A stretch of DNA of 64,000 nucleotides, taken from contig JASGHG010000001.1 of NCBI GenBank assembly GCA_047602425.1, positions 1,216,001 to 1,280,000 of the forward strand, given 5' to 3'. Under the pieces are notes generated by a model. It worked only from the letters and a program-made list of their open reading frames with translations. It was not told the origin of the DNA and searched no databases. Below, in pieces: positions 28,292-36,834 of the stretch. Within the stretch, counting starts at the first letter, position 1, and each line of letters opens with the position of its first letter. A program made the translations under genes and the position numbers. The DNA is from Nibricoccus sp. GTDB taxonomy: Bacteria; Verrucomicrobiota; Verrucomicrobiia; Opitutales; Opitutaceae.

Positions 28292-30283
28292 ATGAAAGTC
28301 TTCAGCCTTCTTGCCCTCAGCCTCGCCGCAGCCCTCTCACTACGCGCTCAAACCACTCCGACGTTCGCCGACGTCACCGTCCACGATCCTTCTGTCATCA
28401 AGGAAGGCACTCGTTGGTATGTCTACGGCTCCCACGGAGCCTCGGCTTGGACAACCGACCTGATGCATTGGAACCAAGTTGCGGTCAGCGTAAACTCGGG
28501 CAGCCCCGCACATTTCAATACTTTTCAAACCGAGTTGTCGGACCTCATCAGTTGGACAAGCGCCACCACGCTTTGGGCGGCCGACATCAAAAAGCTCAAC
28601 GGCAAATTCTATTACTACTACAACGTCTGGAATAACCCCGGCGGCGCGTACCGCAGCTACATGGGACTAGCAACCTCCAACACCATCGAGGGTCCTTACA
28701 CCAACACCGGCAATCTCCTGAAAGGCGGCGATACGGGCTTCAATGCAGCGATCCATCCCAATACGGTCGATCCTGCCGTTTTCTACAATGCCGACAGTAG
28801 TAAATTGTGGATGCTCTATGGTTCGTACTCCGGAGGCCTGTTCATACTCGAACTCGAAAACGACACCGCCTCAGCCAATTTCGCCAAACCCAAAGCTGGA
28901 CAGGCGAATCTCGGCTTTGGCAAAAAACTTTTCGGCGGCAACCATGCGCAAATCGAGGGTGGATACGTGGTCTACGATCCGGATACGCAATTCTACTATT
29001 TGTTCATGTCCTTCGGCGGCCTCGGCGCAGAAACAGGCACTTACAACATGCGCGTAGCCCGGTCGGTTAACGCCGATGGTCCTTTCCTGGACTCGGCTGG
29101 CACTGACCTCTCTACCCTCACAACAAGCGGCACTTTGTCGACGATCGCTCCCTATGGCGTGAAGCTCATGGGCAATGTGCAGTTTGCGCATGTGGCCGCT
29201 GACAAGGGCGCGACCGCCTCCGCCGGTTACGTCTGCCCGGGCCACTGCTCCGTCTATCGTGATCCGACAACGAAACAGTATTTCCTGATCTTCCACACGC
29301 GATTTTTCTCCACAACCGCCGACCAGGGACATTCAGTCCGCGTACATCAGATGTACATGAATGCAGATGGCTGGCCAGTCGCCTCGCCCCATCGTTATGC
29401 CGGCGAAACGATAGCCATCACCCCCACCGCCAACCTCCTTGGCGATTTCAAAGTGATCGTTCAAAACAAGTCGATGCCCACCACCACTCAAAGTGGTTCG
29501 GTTTACACGATTCCAATGAACACGTCGTCGGTCGCCACGTTCCACGCCGACGGCACCATCACAGGCACTTACACGGGCACGTGGTCCATAACCAATGACA
29601 CCGGCAACACCAAATCCTATGCTACCATCGTGATCGGCGGGACCACTTACAAGGGCGTCTATTCCACCCAATGGGATAACGACAACCAGGCGTGGGTGCC
29701 CTGCTTCAGCGCGATTTCCACCGGTGCGGCCGCCGCCATCGACAATGGCGTCGCGCTTTGGGGCAGCAAAGTTTCCGCCACCCCCGTTGCCCCTGTCTTC
29801 ACTACGCAGCCCACCAGCAGCGTGGCTTTGAATGTCGGCAGTTCCCTCTCGCTCAACGCAGTCGCCTCTGGCGTCTTCACTCCCGACTATCAGTGGTATA
29901 AGGACGGCGCGCTCATCAGCGGTGCGAACACCAATACCTACACCGTAAACAACGTTACGACTGGCCACGCGGGTGTTTACTACGTCACTGCTGTCAACAC
30001 CGCCGGCATCGCCACCAGCAACACCGCTACGGTCACCATCACGAGCAGTTCCTCGTCGTCATCGAGCTCGTCTTCCTCCTCGAGCTCCTCGTCCAGTTCG
30101 TCCTCCTCCAGTTCAAGCAGCAGCTCATCGAGCTCCTCTTCGTCCTCGAGCAGTTCGAGCGGCAGCCCCAATCCCCCGGCTCCCGCCCCGAGCGGTGGCG
30201 GCGGTGGTGGCGCTCCAAGTCTCTGGTTCCTCAGTGCCATCTTTGCCTTGGGCCTCCTGCGCCGAACCATAACCCGTCGCTAA
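28292..30283 (+). CDS. Secreted GH43 arabinanase-like enzyme + C-terminal domain + Ig-like domain + poly-Ser + GlyGly-type anchor
   Basis: VHDPS, LWAAD, NTVDP, YGSYSGG, IEG, FHTRF; P.FTTQP..YQWYKDG Ig domain; 39 Ser; GGGGGAPSLWF-TM-RR. Confidence 0.88.
   Translation: MKVFSLLALSLAAALSLRAQTTPTFADVTVHDPSVIKEGTRWYVYGSHGASAWTTDLMHWNQVAVSVNSGSPAHFNTFQTELSDLISWTSATTLWAADIKKLNGKFYYYYNVWNNPGGAYRSYMGLATSNTIEGPYTNTGNLLKGGDTGFNAAIHPNTVDPAVFYNADSSKLWMLYGSYSGGLFILELENDTASANFAKPKAGQANLGFGKKLFGGNHAQIEGGYVVYDPDTQFYYLFMSFGGLGAETGTYNMRVARSVNADGPFLDSAGTDLSTLTTSGTLSTIAPYGVKLMGNVQFAHVAADKGATASAGYVCPGHCSVYRDPTTKQYFLIFHTRFFSTTADQGHSVRVHQMYMNADGWPVASPHRYAGETIAITPTANLLGDFKVIVQNKSMPTTTQSGSVYTIPMNTSSVATFHADGTITGTYTGTWSITNDTGNTKSYATIVIGGTTYKGVYSTQWDNDNQAWVPCFSAISTGAAAAIDNGVALWGSKVSATPVAPVFTTQPTSSVALNVGSSLSLNAVASGVFTPDYQWYKDGALISGANTNTYTVNNVTTGHAGVYYVTAVNTAGIATSNTATVTITSSSSSSSSSSSSSSSSSSSSSSSSSSSSSSSSSSSSSSSGSPNPPAPAPSGGGGGGAPSLWFLSAIFALGLLRRTITRR
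30044..30160 (+). repeat. Poly-serine linker (39 codons, mixed synonymous)
   Basis: Mixture of AGC/AGT/TCN codons. Confidence 0.95.
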
Positions 30284-30290
30284 TACCCCC

Positions 30291-30315
30291 GGAGGGCGAC
30301 AGCCCATTGTCGCCG
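30291..30315 (+). repeat. REP-like palindrome with GGAG foot (copy 2)
   Basis: GGAG-GGCGACA-GCCCAT-TGTCGCC-G; compensatory change relative to the 8707 copy. Confidence 0.55.
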
Positions 30316-30395
30316 CTTAGCTTTTCAAAATCCTCTCCTTCACAGAGGCGCAGTCTTTCCATGCGCCTCCGTAGCTCTCTTTCTCTGTTTTCCCG

Positions 30396-32501
30396 ATGAA
30401 ATACCTCGCCTTGCTGGCCGCCACCATCGTCGCCCTAACGAACTACCTGCCAGCGGCCAATCCGATCATTACCAGCATCTATACCGCCGACCCCGCGGCG
30501 CTCGTGTACGGCGACAAGGTTTATCTCTACACCGGGCACGACGAGGGTTCCACCAGCTACGTCATGAAGGACTGGCGGTGTTTTTCCTCTTCCGACATGA
30601 TCAATTGGACGGCCGAGGGCTCCGTCATGTCGCTGGCAACTTTTCCCTGGGCCAATCAGGTCATTGATGCCTGGGCCGGTCATGTCGTCGAGCGTGGCGG
30701 CAAGTTCTACTTCTACGCCCCCGTCAACCATGGCTCAGCGGCGCTAACCGGCTTCGCCATCGGCGTCGCCGTGGCCAATTCCCCCACCGGGCCTTTCGTC
30801 GATGCCAAAGGCTCCGCCCTCATCACCAACAACATGACGCCTGATCCAAACGGTCGCACCGATGTCTGGAGTTGGGACGACATCGATCCTGCCGTCTTCA
30901 TCGACGACGATGGCCAGGCCTACCTTTTTTGGGGCAACACCATCCTGCACTACGTGAAATTGAAGGCCAACATGATCGAACTCGATGGCACGATCCAAAC
31001 CATTTCCCTGCCCCAATTCACCGAGGCGCCGTGGATCCATAAACGCAATGGCATTTACTATCTCACCTACGCCTATGGCTGGTTTGAGAAAATCGCCTAC
31101 GCCACCGCCACCAACATCAATGGTCCGTGGACTTTCCGCGGCGTCATCTGCGAAACCGTCCAGAACTCCAACACCGTCCACCAATCCATCATCGATTTCA
31201 AAGGACGCTCCTACTTCATCTACCACAACGGCGCTCTTCCCGGCGGCGGGAGCTACCGGCGTTCCGTTTGTGTCGAATTTCTCAACTACAACGCGGACGG
31301 CACGATCGTCCCCATCGCACAAACCACCACCGGCATTGTCGCCAACTCCATCTTCGCCAACCCCACCAGCGTGGCGCTCGATAGCAGCGGCAACCTTTTC
31401 GTCGCCGATTCGACCCGGCATACCGTGGGCAAAATTTCCACCACCGGCCAATTTTCTCTTTTTGCTGGTTCCCCTGATGCGCAGGGCTCGACCGATGCCA
31501 CTGGCATCGCCGCCAGTTTCCGCCAGCCCACCGGCCTTGCGATCGACTCCAACAATAATCTCTACGTTTCCGACACCGGCAATTCCACCGTACGTAAAAT
31601 ATCCGCTGCCGGCGTCGTGACGACATTGGCTGGTTCGGCTTCCAACTCCGGTTCTATCAATGGCACCGGCTCAGCCGCACGCTTTTCCTCGCCAACAGAC
31701 GTTACCGCCAAAGCCGATGGCACGCTCTACGTCGCCGATACGGGCAATCATATCCTGCGCGCCGTCACTTCCGCCGGCGTGGTCTCCACCGTTGCAGGTT
31801 CGGCGGGGACCTCGGGCACCGCTGACGGCACGGGCTCGGCCGCACGTTTTAACGGCTCCGCTGGCGTCGCGGTCAATTCCACGTCTGGCGTCGTTTACGT
31901 GGCCGACACCACTAACAACACGCTGCGCGCTTCCACTGCCGCCGGCGTCGTCTCTACACTTGCCGGCACCTACGGCATTGCCGGATATGCCGATGGCACC
32001 GGCGTCAACGCCACGTTCTCGGGACTCACTGGTTCGGCTGTCGCCTCCAATGGCGACATCTACGTCGCCGATACCCAAAATTCCACCATCAGAAAAATTT
32101 CCTCCATGGGTGTGGTAACCACAGTGGCTGGAACTGCCGGTGTCGCCGGATACAAGGACGGCACCGGCACCAGCGCGTGGTTCAACAAGCCTCGCGATGT
32201 CGTCGCCGATACTTCCGGCAACCTCTACGTCGCCGATACTGGCAACGCCGTCATCCGCAAAATCGATGGCAATGGAATCGTGACCACGATCAGCGTCAGT
32301 TCTTCGTCCAGTTCCTCAAGCAGCAGTTCCTCGTCGAGTTCGTCCAGCTCTTCCAGCTCTGGCAGCGGAAGTTCCAGTTCCGGCGCCGCTCCTGCACCTG
32401 CGCCCGCCACCGGCGGTGGAGGCGGTGGTGGTGCACCTAGCCTCTGGTTCGTCTTTGCGCTTTTCTCGCTCGCCAGTCTGCGCAAGTTCGCCCGCCGATA
32501 A
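30396..32501 (+). CDS. Secreted GH43 (xylosidase/arabinofuranosidase-like) + NHL repeats + poly-Ser + GlyGly-type anchor
   Basis: YTADP, YTGHD, AWAG, DIDPAVFIDDDG, FTEAPW; repeated LYVADTGN..IRKI; 21 Ser; GGGGGGAPSLWF-TM-RK. Confidence 0.88.
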   Translation: MKYLALLAATIVALTNYLPAANPIITSIYTADPAALVYGDKVYLYTGHDEGSTSYVMKDWRCFSSSDMINWTAEGSVMSLATFPWANQVIDAWAGHVVERGGKFYFYAPVNHGSAALTGFAIGVAVANSPTGPFVDAKGSALITNNMTPDPNGRTDVWSWDDIDPAVFIDDDGQAYLFWGNTILHYVKLKANMIELDGTIQTISLPQFTEAPWIHKRNGIYYLTYAYGWFEKIAYATATNINGPWTFRGVICETVQNSNTVHQSIIDFKGRSYFIYHNGALPGGGSYRRSVCVEFLNYNADGTIVPIAQTTTGIVANSIFANPTSVALDSSGNLFVADSTRHTVGKISTTGQFSLFAGSPDAQGSTDATGIAASFRQPTGLAIDSNNNLYVSDTGNSTVRKISAAGVVTTLAGSASNSGSINGTGSAARFSSPTDVTAKADGTLYVADTGNHILRAVTSAGVVSTVAGSAGTSGTADGTGSAARFNGSAGVAVNSTSGVVYVADTTNNTLRASTAAGVVSTLAGTYGIAGYADGTGVNATFSGLTGSAVASNGDIYVADTQNSTIRKISSMGVVTTVAGTAGVAGYKDGTGTSAWFNKPRDVVADTSGNLYVADTGNAVIRKIDGNGIVTTISVSSSSSSSSSSSSSSSSSSSSSGSGSSSSGAAPAPAPATGGGGGGGAPSLWFVFALFSLASLRKFARR

Positions 32502-32647
32502 TCGCCGGCCTCTGGCTTCTCGCCGCGCGCAGTGAATTTTTGCCTCTAATGGCCCATCGCTCGGCCGACCTTCACACGAAAGAATTCCGCGTGTCGCGTT
32601 TGCCGTCCTCCATTACCTCCGTTTGCTCCTGTGCAAACGAACCTTCC

Positions 32648-33304
32648 ATGAAAATCACCTACTTCGTCGAAATGATGTCCTCTTGGTGCTATTGGGCCGA
32701 ACCAGCCTGGCTTGAGCTAAAAAGCCGCTACGCCGGCCGTGTCGATTTTCAATGGAGGATCGCATTGATGAATCCCGGCGACTTCCCCGCTTCGCCTGCC
32801 CATTGCGATTGGTTTTACCAGCGCAGCGGCACAATCATGCGTTCGCCGTTCAAGCTCAACCCCAATTGGGTCGAACCAGAGCTTAAAGGTAATTACACCG
32901 CGGCAAATTTCGTCGCCGAAGCCGGCCGCGATCTCGGCATCACCGATGACCGCCTGCGGCTTGCACTCATGCATGCCGGTATGCGCGAAGGTCGCAAAAT
33001 CGGCCGCATCGAGGAGGCCGTCACCGTCGCCGCCCAGACCACGGGATTCGAAGCGTCGAAAATCCGTGCCCTCGCCGAATCTGACTCCGTGCAACAGCGC
33101 GTACAGGAATCCACCGCCGAATTTCACTCGCTCAAGGTCAACCAACGCCCCGCTTTTCTGCTCGAAGACAGCATCGGCGATCGCGCCGTCTTTTCCGGAC
33201 TCGTCGCGATTGCTCCGTTCGCCGCCACGATTGACGCCATGCTTGCCGACGCGGCAGCCTACGCCAGTTACGCCACCCACCACGGCCCGCCGCCCAAGGC
33301 CTGA
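32648..33304 (+). CDS. DsbA/DSBA-like thioredoxin-fold protein (SSWC motif)
   Basis: KITYFVEMMSSWCYW at the usual CxxC position; cis-Pro-like QRPAF; start trimmed to ATG 32648. Confidence 0.75.
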   Translation: MKITYFVEMMSSWCYWAEPAWLELKSRYAGRVDFQWRIALMNPGDFPASPAHCDWFYQRSGTIMRSPFKLNPNWVEPELKGNYTAANFVAEAGRDLGITDDRLRLALMHAGMREGRKIGRIEEAVTVAAQTTGFEASKIRALAESDSVQQRVQESTAEFHSLKVNQRPAFLLEDSIGDRAVFSGLVAIAPFAATIDAMLADAAAYASYATHHGPPPKA

Positions 33305-33333
33305 CTAACGTCCGCCGCGCGGTTGATTTCAAC

Positions 33334-33374
33334 CCAATCATGTTTGTCATCTATTAGATGACAAACATGATTGG
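33334..33374. repeat. Perfect 20-bp inverted repeat with 1-nt spacer
   Basis: CCAATCATGTTTGTCATCTA-T-TAGATGACAAACATGATTGG. Confidence 0.9.
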
Positions 33375-33506
33375 CGAAGGGCCTTCGTTCGTCTTTTGTC
33401 CAATTGCCTTTCGGGAATTCCATTGCCCTTCGGAGTTCGGCAGATGCCGATGTGTGAGCTAAGTTTCCGCCTGCAAATTTTCCGCCGTGTCTTCATACTC
33501 CGTTCA

Positions 33507-33983
33507 ATGCAGCTGAAATGGCGCCTCTCGCACGTTCGCGGATACCTTGAGCTCGGTATGGTCGAGGAAGCCGCCGCCGAGCTTGATTTGATTCCTGCAA
33601 CTTCAGCGGATGACTTCGATGTTCGTGCGCTGCGTGCCCTCGTGCTCCAGGAAAAGCAGGCTTGGACTTCCCTCGTGCCGATTGCCGCCCGGTTGGTTCG
33701 CGACTGCCCGGCGGATCCGGGGTGGTGGGTCATGTGGGCCTATGCCGTCCGACGTGCCGATTCGCTGCTTGCCGCCGAAAAGATCCTTCGCGAAGCCGCG
33801 TCGAACCATCCGAAGGAGGCCACAATCCAGTTCAACCTCGGCTGCTATGCCTGTCAAAACGGCAATCTAACCAAAGCACGCGCCTACGTGGATTGCGCGA
33901 TTGCGCTCGACGAACGTTTCCGCGAAGCTGCCGCCACCGATCCCGATCTCGCTCCGTTGCGAAATCATGACGCAAAAACCTAG
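33507..33983 (+). CDS. Small TPR-repeat protein
   Basis: GYLELGM..EA, FNLGCYAC..G, A..DPDL..L; start trimmed to ATG 33507. Confidence 0.8.
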   Translation: MQLKWRLSHVRGYLELGMVEEAAAELDLIPATSADDFDVRALRALVLQEKQAWTSLVPIAARLVRDCPADPGWWVMWAYAVRRADSLLAAEKILREAASNHPKEATIQFNLGCYACQNGNLTKARAYVDCAIALDERFREAAATDPDLAPLRNHDAKT

Positions 33984-34085
33984 ATTCCTCCCGGGAAGCC
34001 CCGCATCGGCGGTGTTTACTATTTAAAACCGCCAACCCGCCGCATCTAGCCTTGGCCCCCACCTCAATTCTGGCCCCCTGTCCCC

Positions 34086-35792
34086 ATGCGCTCAAACACA
34101 TCCCTGTTCTGCCTGATATCTGCCCTCGCTGTTGCTACCGGCGCAATCCGCGGTGACGAAGCCCTTGGTGAAAAAATCATCCGTCTGCCGGAGCTCGCCG
34201 TTAATGAGACAATGAAACTTCGCCCGAGGGAAAAATGGCTCACCGGCCAGCTCGGTAGTTTCGAGATCTACAGCACCGCATCGGAAAGCGAAACCAAAGA
34301 CTTCGCCACAAAACTTCAGAAATTCCACCAAACATTTGCCTTGTTGTTTCCGAAGTTGATCGGCAACTCCGGTGACAAAATCACCCTGGTGCTGTGCGGC
34401 ACGCGCGACAAATATCTCGCCCTCGCTCCCACGGACGCGGGGCAGGTCGATGAGCGTTACGGCAATCTCGCCTATGCAACGCTCAAGGACGGTTTCGGTA
34501 CGACTTTCCTTATCAACTTCGACGCAAAAGCCTTTTTCGGCGATGGCACATCCGCAGGCATGAACACGGGCGGCGGGGAAAACGCCGCTCCAACCATGAA
34601 TTTTTCGCAATCCACCGGCGCGGAATTTGTCGATGGCGAAACGTTGCTTCGCCAGCAGTATCTCCGACTCCTGCTCAGCCGCAGCCAATCCCGTCCGCCC
34701 GCCTGGCTGGAGGAAGGCGTGGTGCGCTACTTCGATTCGCTCAAAGTCCAAAAAGATAAAATCACGTTCGCCCAGCTCGACATGAGTCTCACGCGCTATT
34801 TCAGCCGCGAACGACTCAATACGCGCCGCATGATGGACATGAAAGACTTCTTCGCCGTGACGTATGACTCGCCTGAATACAGGAAAGTTGTGGGCGGCAC
34901 GTTTTCCCATCAAGCCCTCGCGTTCGTTCACTACGCCATGCTGAGCCACAAAGGACGGTACCGCGCGACCTTCCTCAAGTTCATCGATCAAGCCAGCAAG
35001 GAGCCCGTGACCGAAACCATTTTCAAGAACTATTTCAAGATGAGCTTCAGTGATATGGAGGCCGTTTTGGACGATTATGTCCAGGGAGGTTTCTACCGGC
35101 ATGTCGTTGCTCCGAAACCGGCTGAACTTCCTCCGGCGCCCCCTCTGGTCTTGCGCGAAACCACCGATGCCGAGTCCGGCCGCATCAAGGGTGACGTGCT
35201 TCGCCAGGTCAAACGCTACGAAGACGCCCGCCTCGAACTTGTCTCGCCGCTCATGCGCAAACAAGCCGATGCCCGGCTGCTGGCCTCGCTCGGCCTCCTC
35301 GGCTATGAAACCAACAGCCTCGCGGCCGCCCGCAAATTTCTCGAAGAAGCCATCGCCGCGAAAGTCGATAACCCGATTGCCTATGTGACCCTCGCCCGTC
35401 TTCGCCTCGAGGACGCTCAACACGGCTCTCCTGAAACGAAACTTACACCCGCGCAGCTCAACGGGGTTCTCACACCACTCTTCGCCGCTCTGTCGCAAAA
35501 ACTTTCCCACGTCGAAATATACACCTTGATTGCCGACGCCTGGCTTTGCTCCAAAACCGCGCCCACACTCGACAACCTCGCGATCCTCGATGAGGGCGTC
35601 CTTTCCTTCCCCCGCAATGCCGACCTTATCTACAAAAATGCCACGCTCAAAGCCCGCCATGGTTTCACCGACGATGCGCGCTCGCTGGCTGACCTCGGCC
35701 TGAAAATCGCCCGCGACACCGCCAACCGCAACCGCTTCGAACAACTAAAAGCTTCCCTGCCCGCCAGCCAGCTGCCTGCGACCAAATCCTAA
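34086..35792 (+). CDS. Secreted hypothetical protein with degenerate zincin-like region and TPR-like C-terminus
   Basis: Signal peptide; PAWLEEG motif with no HExxH upstream. Confidence 0.7.
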   Translation: MRSNTSLFCLISALAVATGAIRGDEALGEKIIRLPELAVNETMKLRPREKWLTGQLGSFEIYSTASESETKDFATKLQKFHQTFALLFPKLIGNSGDKITLVLCGTRDKYLALAPTDAGQVDERYGNLAYATLKDGFGTTFLINFDAKAFFGDGTSAGMNTGGGENAAPTMNFSQSTGAEFVDGETLLRQQYLRLLLSRSQSRPPAWLEEGVVRYFDSLKVQKDKITFAQLDMSLTRYFSRERLNTRRMMDMKDFFAVTYDSPEYRKVVGGTFSHQALAFVHYAMLSHKGRYRATFLKFIDQASKEPVTETIFKNYFKMSFSDMEAVLDDYVQGGFYRHVVAPKPAELPPAPPLVLRETTDAESGRIKGDVLRQVKRYEDARLELVSPLMRKQADARLLASLGLLGYETNSLAAARKFLEEAIAAKVDNPIAYVTLARLRLEDAQHGSPETKLTPAQLNGVLTPLFAALSQKLSHVEIYTLIADAWLCSKTAPTLDNLAILDEGVLSFPRNADLIYKNATLKARHGFTDDARSLADLGLKIARDTANRNRFEQLKASLPASQLPATKS

Positions 35793-35830
35793 CCAGTCGT
35801 CAGCGACTTTCAGGCTTTCCCGCGTTCGGT

Positions 35831-36763
35831 GTGAAAATCCTCTTCTTTTTCCTGCTACCGTTCTGCTTTCTTCCTGCATTCAGTTTCGCCTTCGACCCGC
35901 CTTCCGCTTTCGACCGCTCCGAGGCGCTCGGCCCTCTCGATAACGAGCCTGCCATCCTCCGACGCCTCTTCACACCTGATGTCGATTTCGCTCCCATCCG
36001 CGTCCCCGAAATTGGCGACTGGCTCTCCCTGCATGATGAACCCGGCCAACCATACGGGGCTTATGTCTCGTCCGGTTTCAATCGCCCCAATTCCGCACGC
36101 AAAATCATCTATCTGCTCCCACTCGGCAACTTCCCTCAGGGAAAAAGTCCGCCGCTCGAAGACCTGCGGGCTTACGCTGAAGCCTTCTTTCAGCTCAGCG
36201 TCAAAATCCTCCCCGCAGCCGCCATCGACGAAAGGAAATTTAAGCCTCGCACCAATGAAAACACCCGGCAGCTCCAGCTTCACACCCTTTCCATACTCCA
36301 ACACCTAAAAACTCAGCTCCCTTCCGATGCCTACTGCCTTCTCGGCATCACCATGGAGGACCTCTACGTCTTCGGCCAGGCCTCGCTCGCCGAGCGTGTC
36401 GGCATCTACAGTTTCGCCCGCTACGACCCCGCTTTTTTCAGCCAGGATCGATCCGTCGATTACCGCCAAATTATTTTGAAGCGCAGCTGCAAGGTTCTCG
36501 CCCACGAAACCGCCCACATGTTCGGCCTGCATCACTGCATCTATTTCGACTGCCTAATGAACGGCGCCAACAACCTCGCGGAGTCCGACTCGCACCCGCA
36601 ACATCTCTGCCCCGTCTGCCTGCGCAAACTTCACTACAACGTCCAGTTCAACCCCGTCACCCGCTACGAGGAACTAAACAAGTTCTACAAAACCCACGAC
36701 TGGGATGACGAAACCCTCTGGACCGAGCGGCAGCTGAAAAAAATCAAACCTGACCATCCCTGA
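35831..36763 (+). CDS. Archaemetzincin-family (M54) zinc metalloprotease
   Basis: HETAHMFGLHHC...CLMNG...LCPVC; VFGQA; signal-like N-terminus. Confidence 0.88.
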   Translation: MKILFFFLLPFCFLPAFSFAFDPPSAFDRSEALGPLDNEPAILRRLFTPDVDFAPIRVPEIGDWLSLHDEPGQPYGAYVSSGFNRPNSARKIIYLLPLGNFPQGKSPPLEDLRAYAEAFFQLSVKILPAAAIDERKFKPRTNENTRQLQLHTLSILQHLKTQLPSDAYCLLGITMEDLYVFGQASLAERVGIYSFARYDPAFFSQDRSVDYRQIILKRSCKVLAHETAHMFGLHHCIYFDCLMNGANNLAESDSHPQHLCPVCLRKLHYNVQFNPVTRYEELNKFYKTHDWDDETLWTERQLKKIKPDHP

Positions 36764-36834
36764 AGCATCAAAAAAACCAGCGGTACAAACTTCTGATTTC
36801 GCTCCGGGAAATTTATTTCCCGGGAATCACCAGC

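Noticed and set aside
30044..30160. Poly-Ser tract as a phase-variable microsatellite
   Set aside because: Codons are scrambled synonymous variants, consistent with selection on the protein linker rather than slippage
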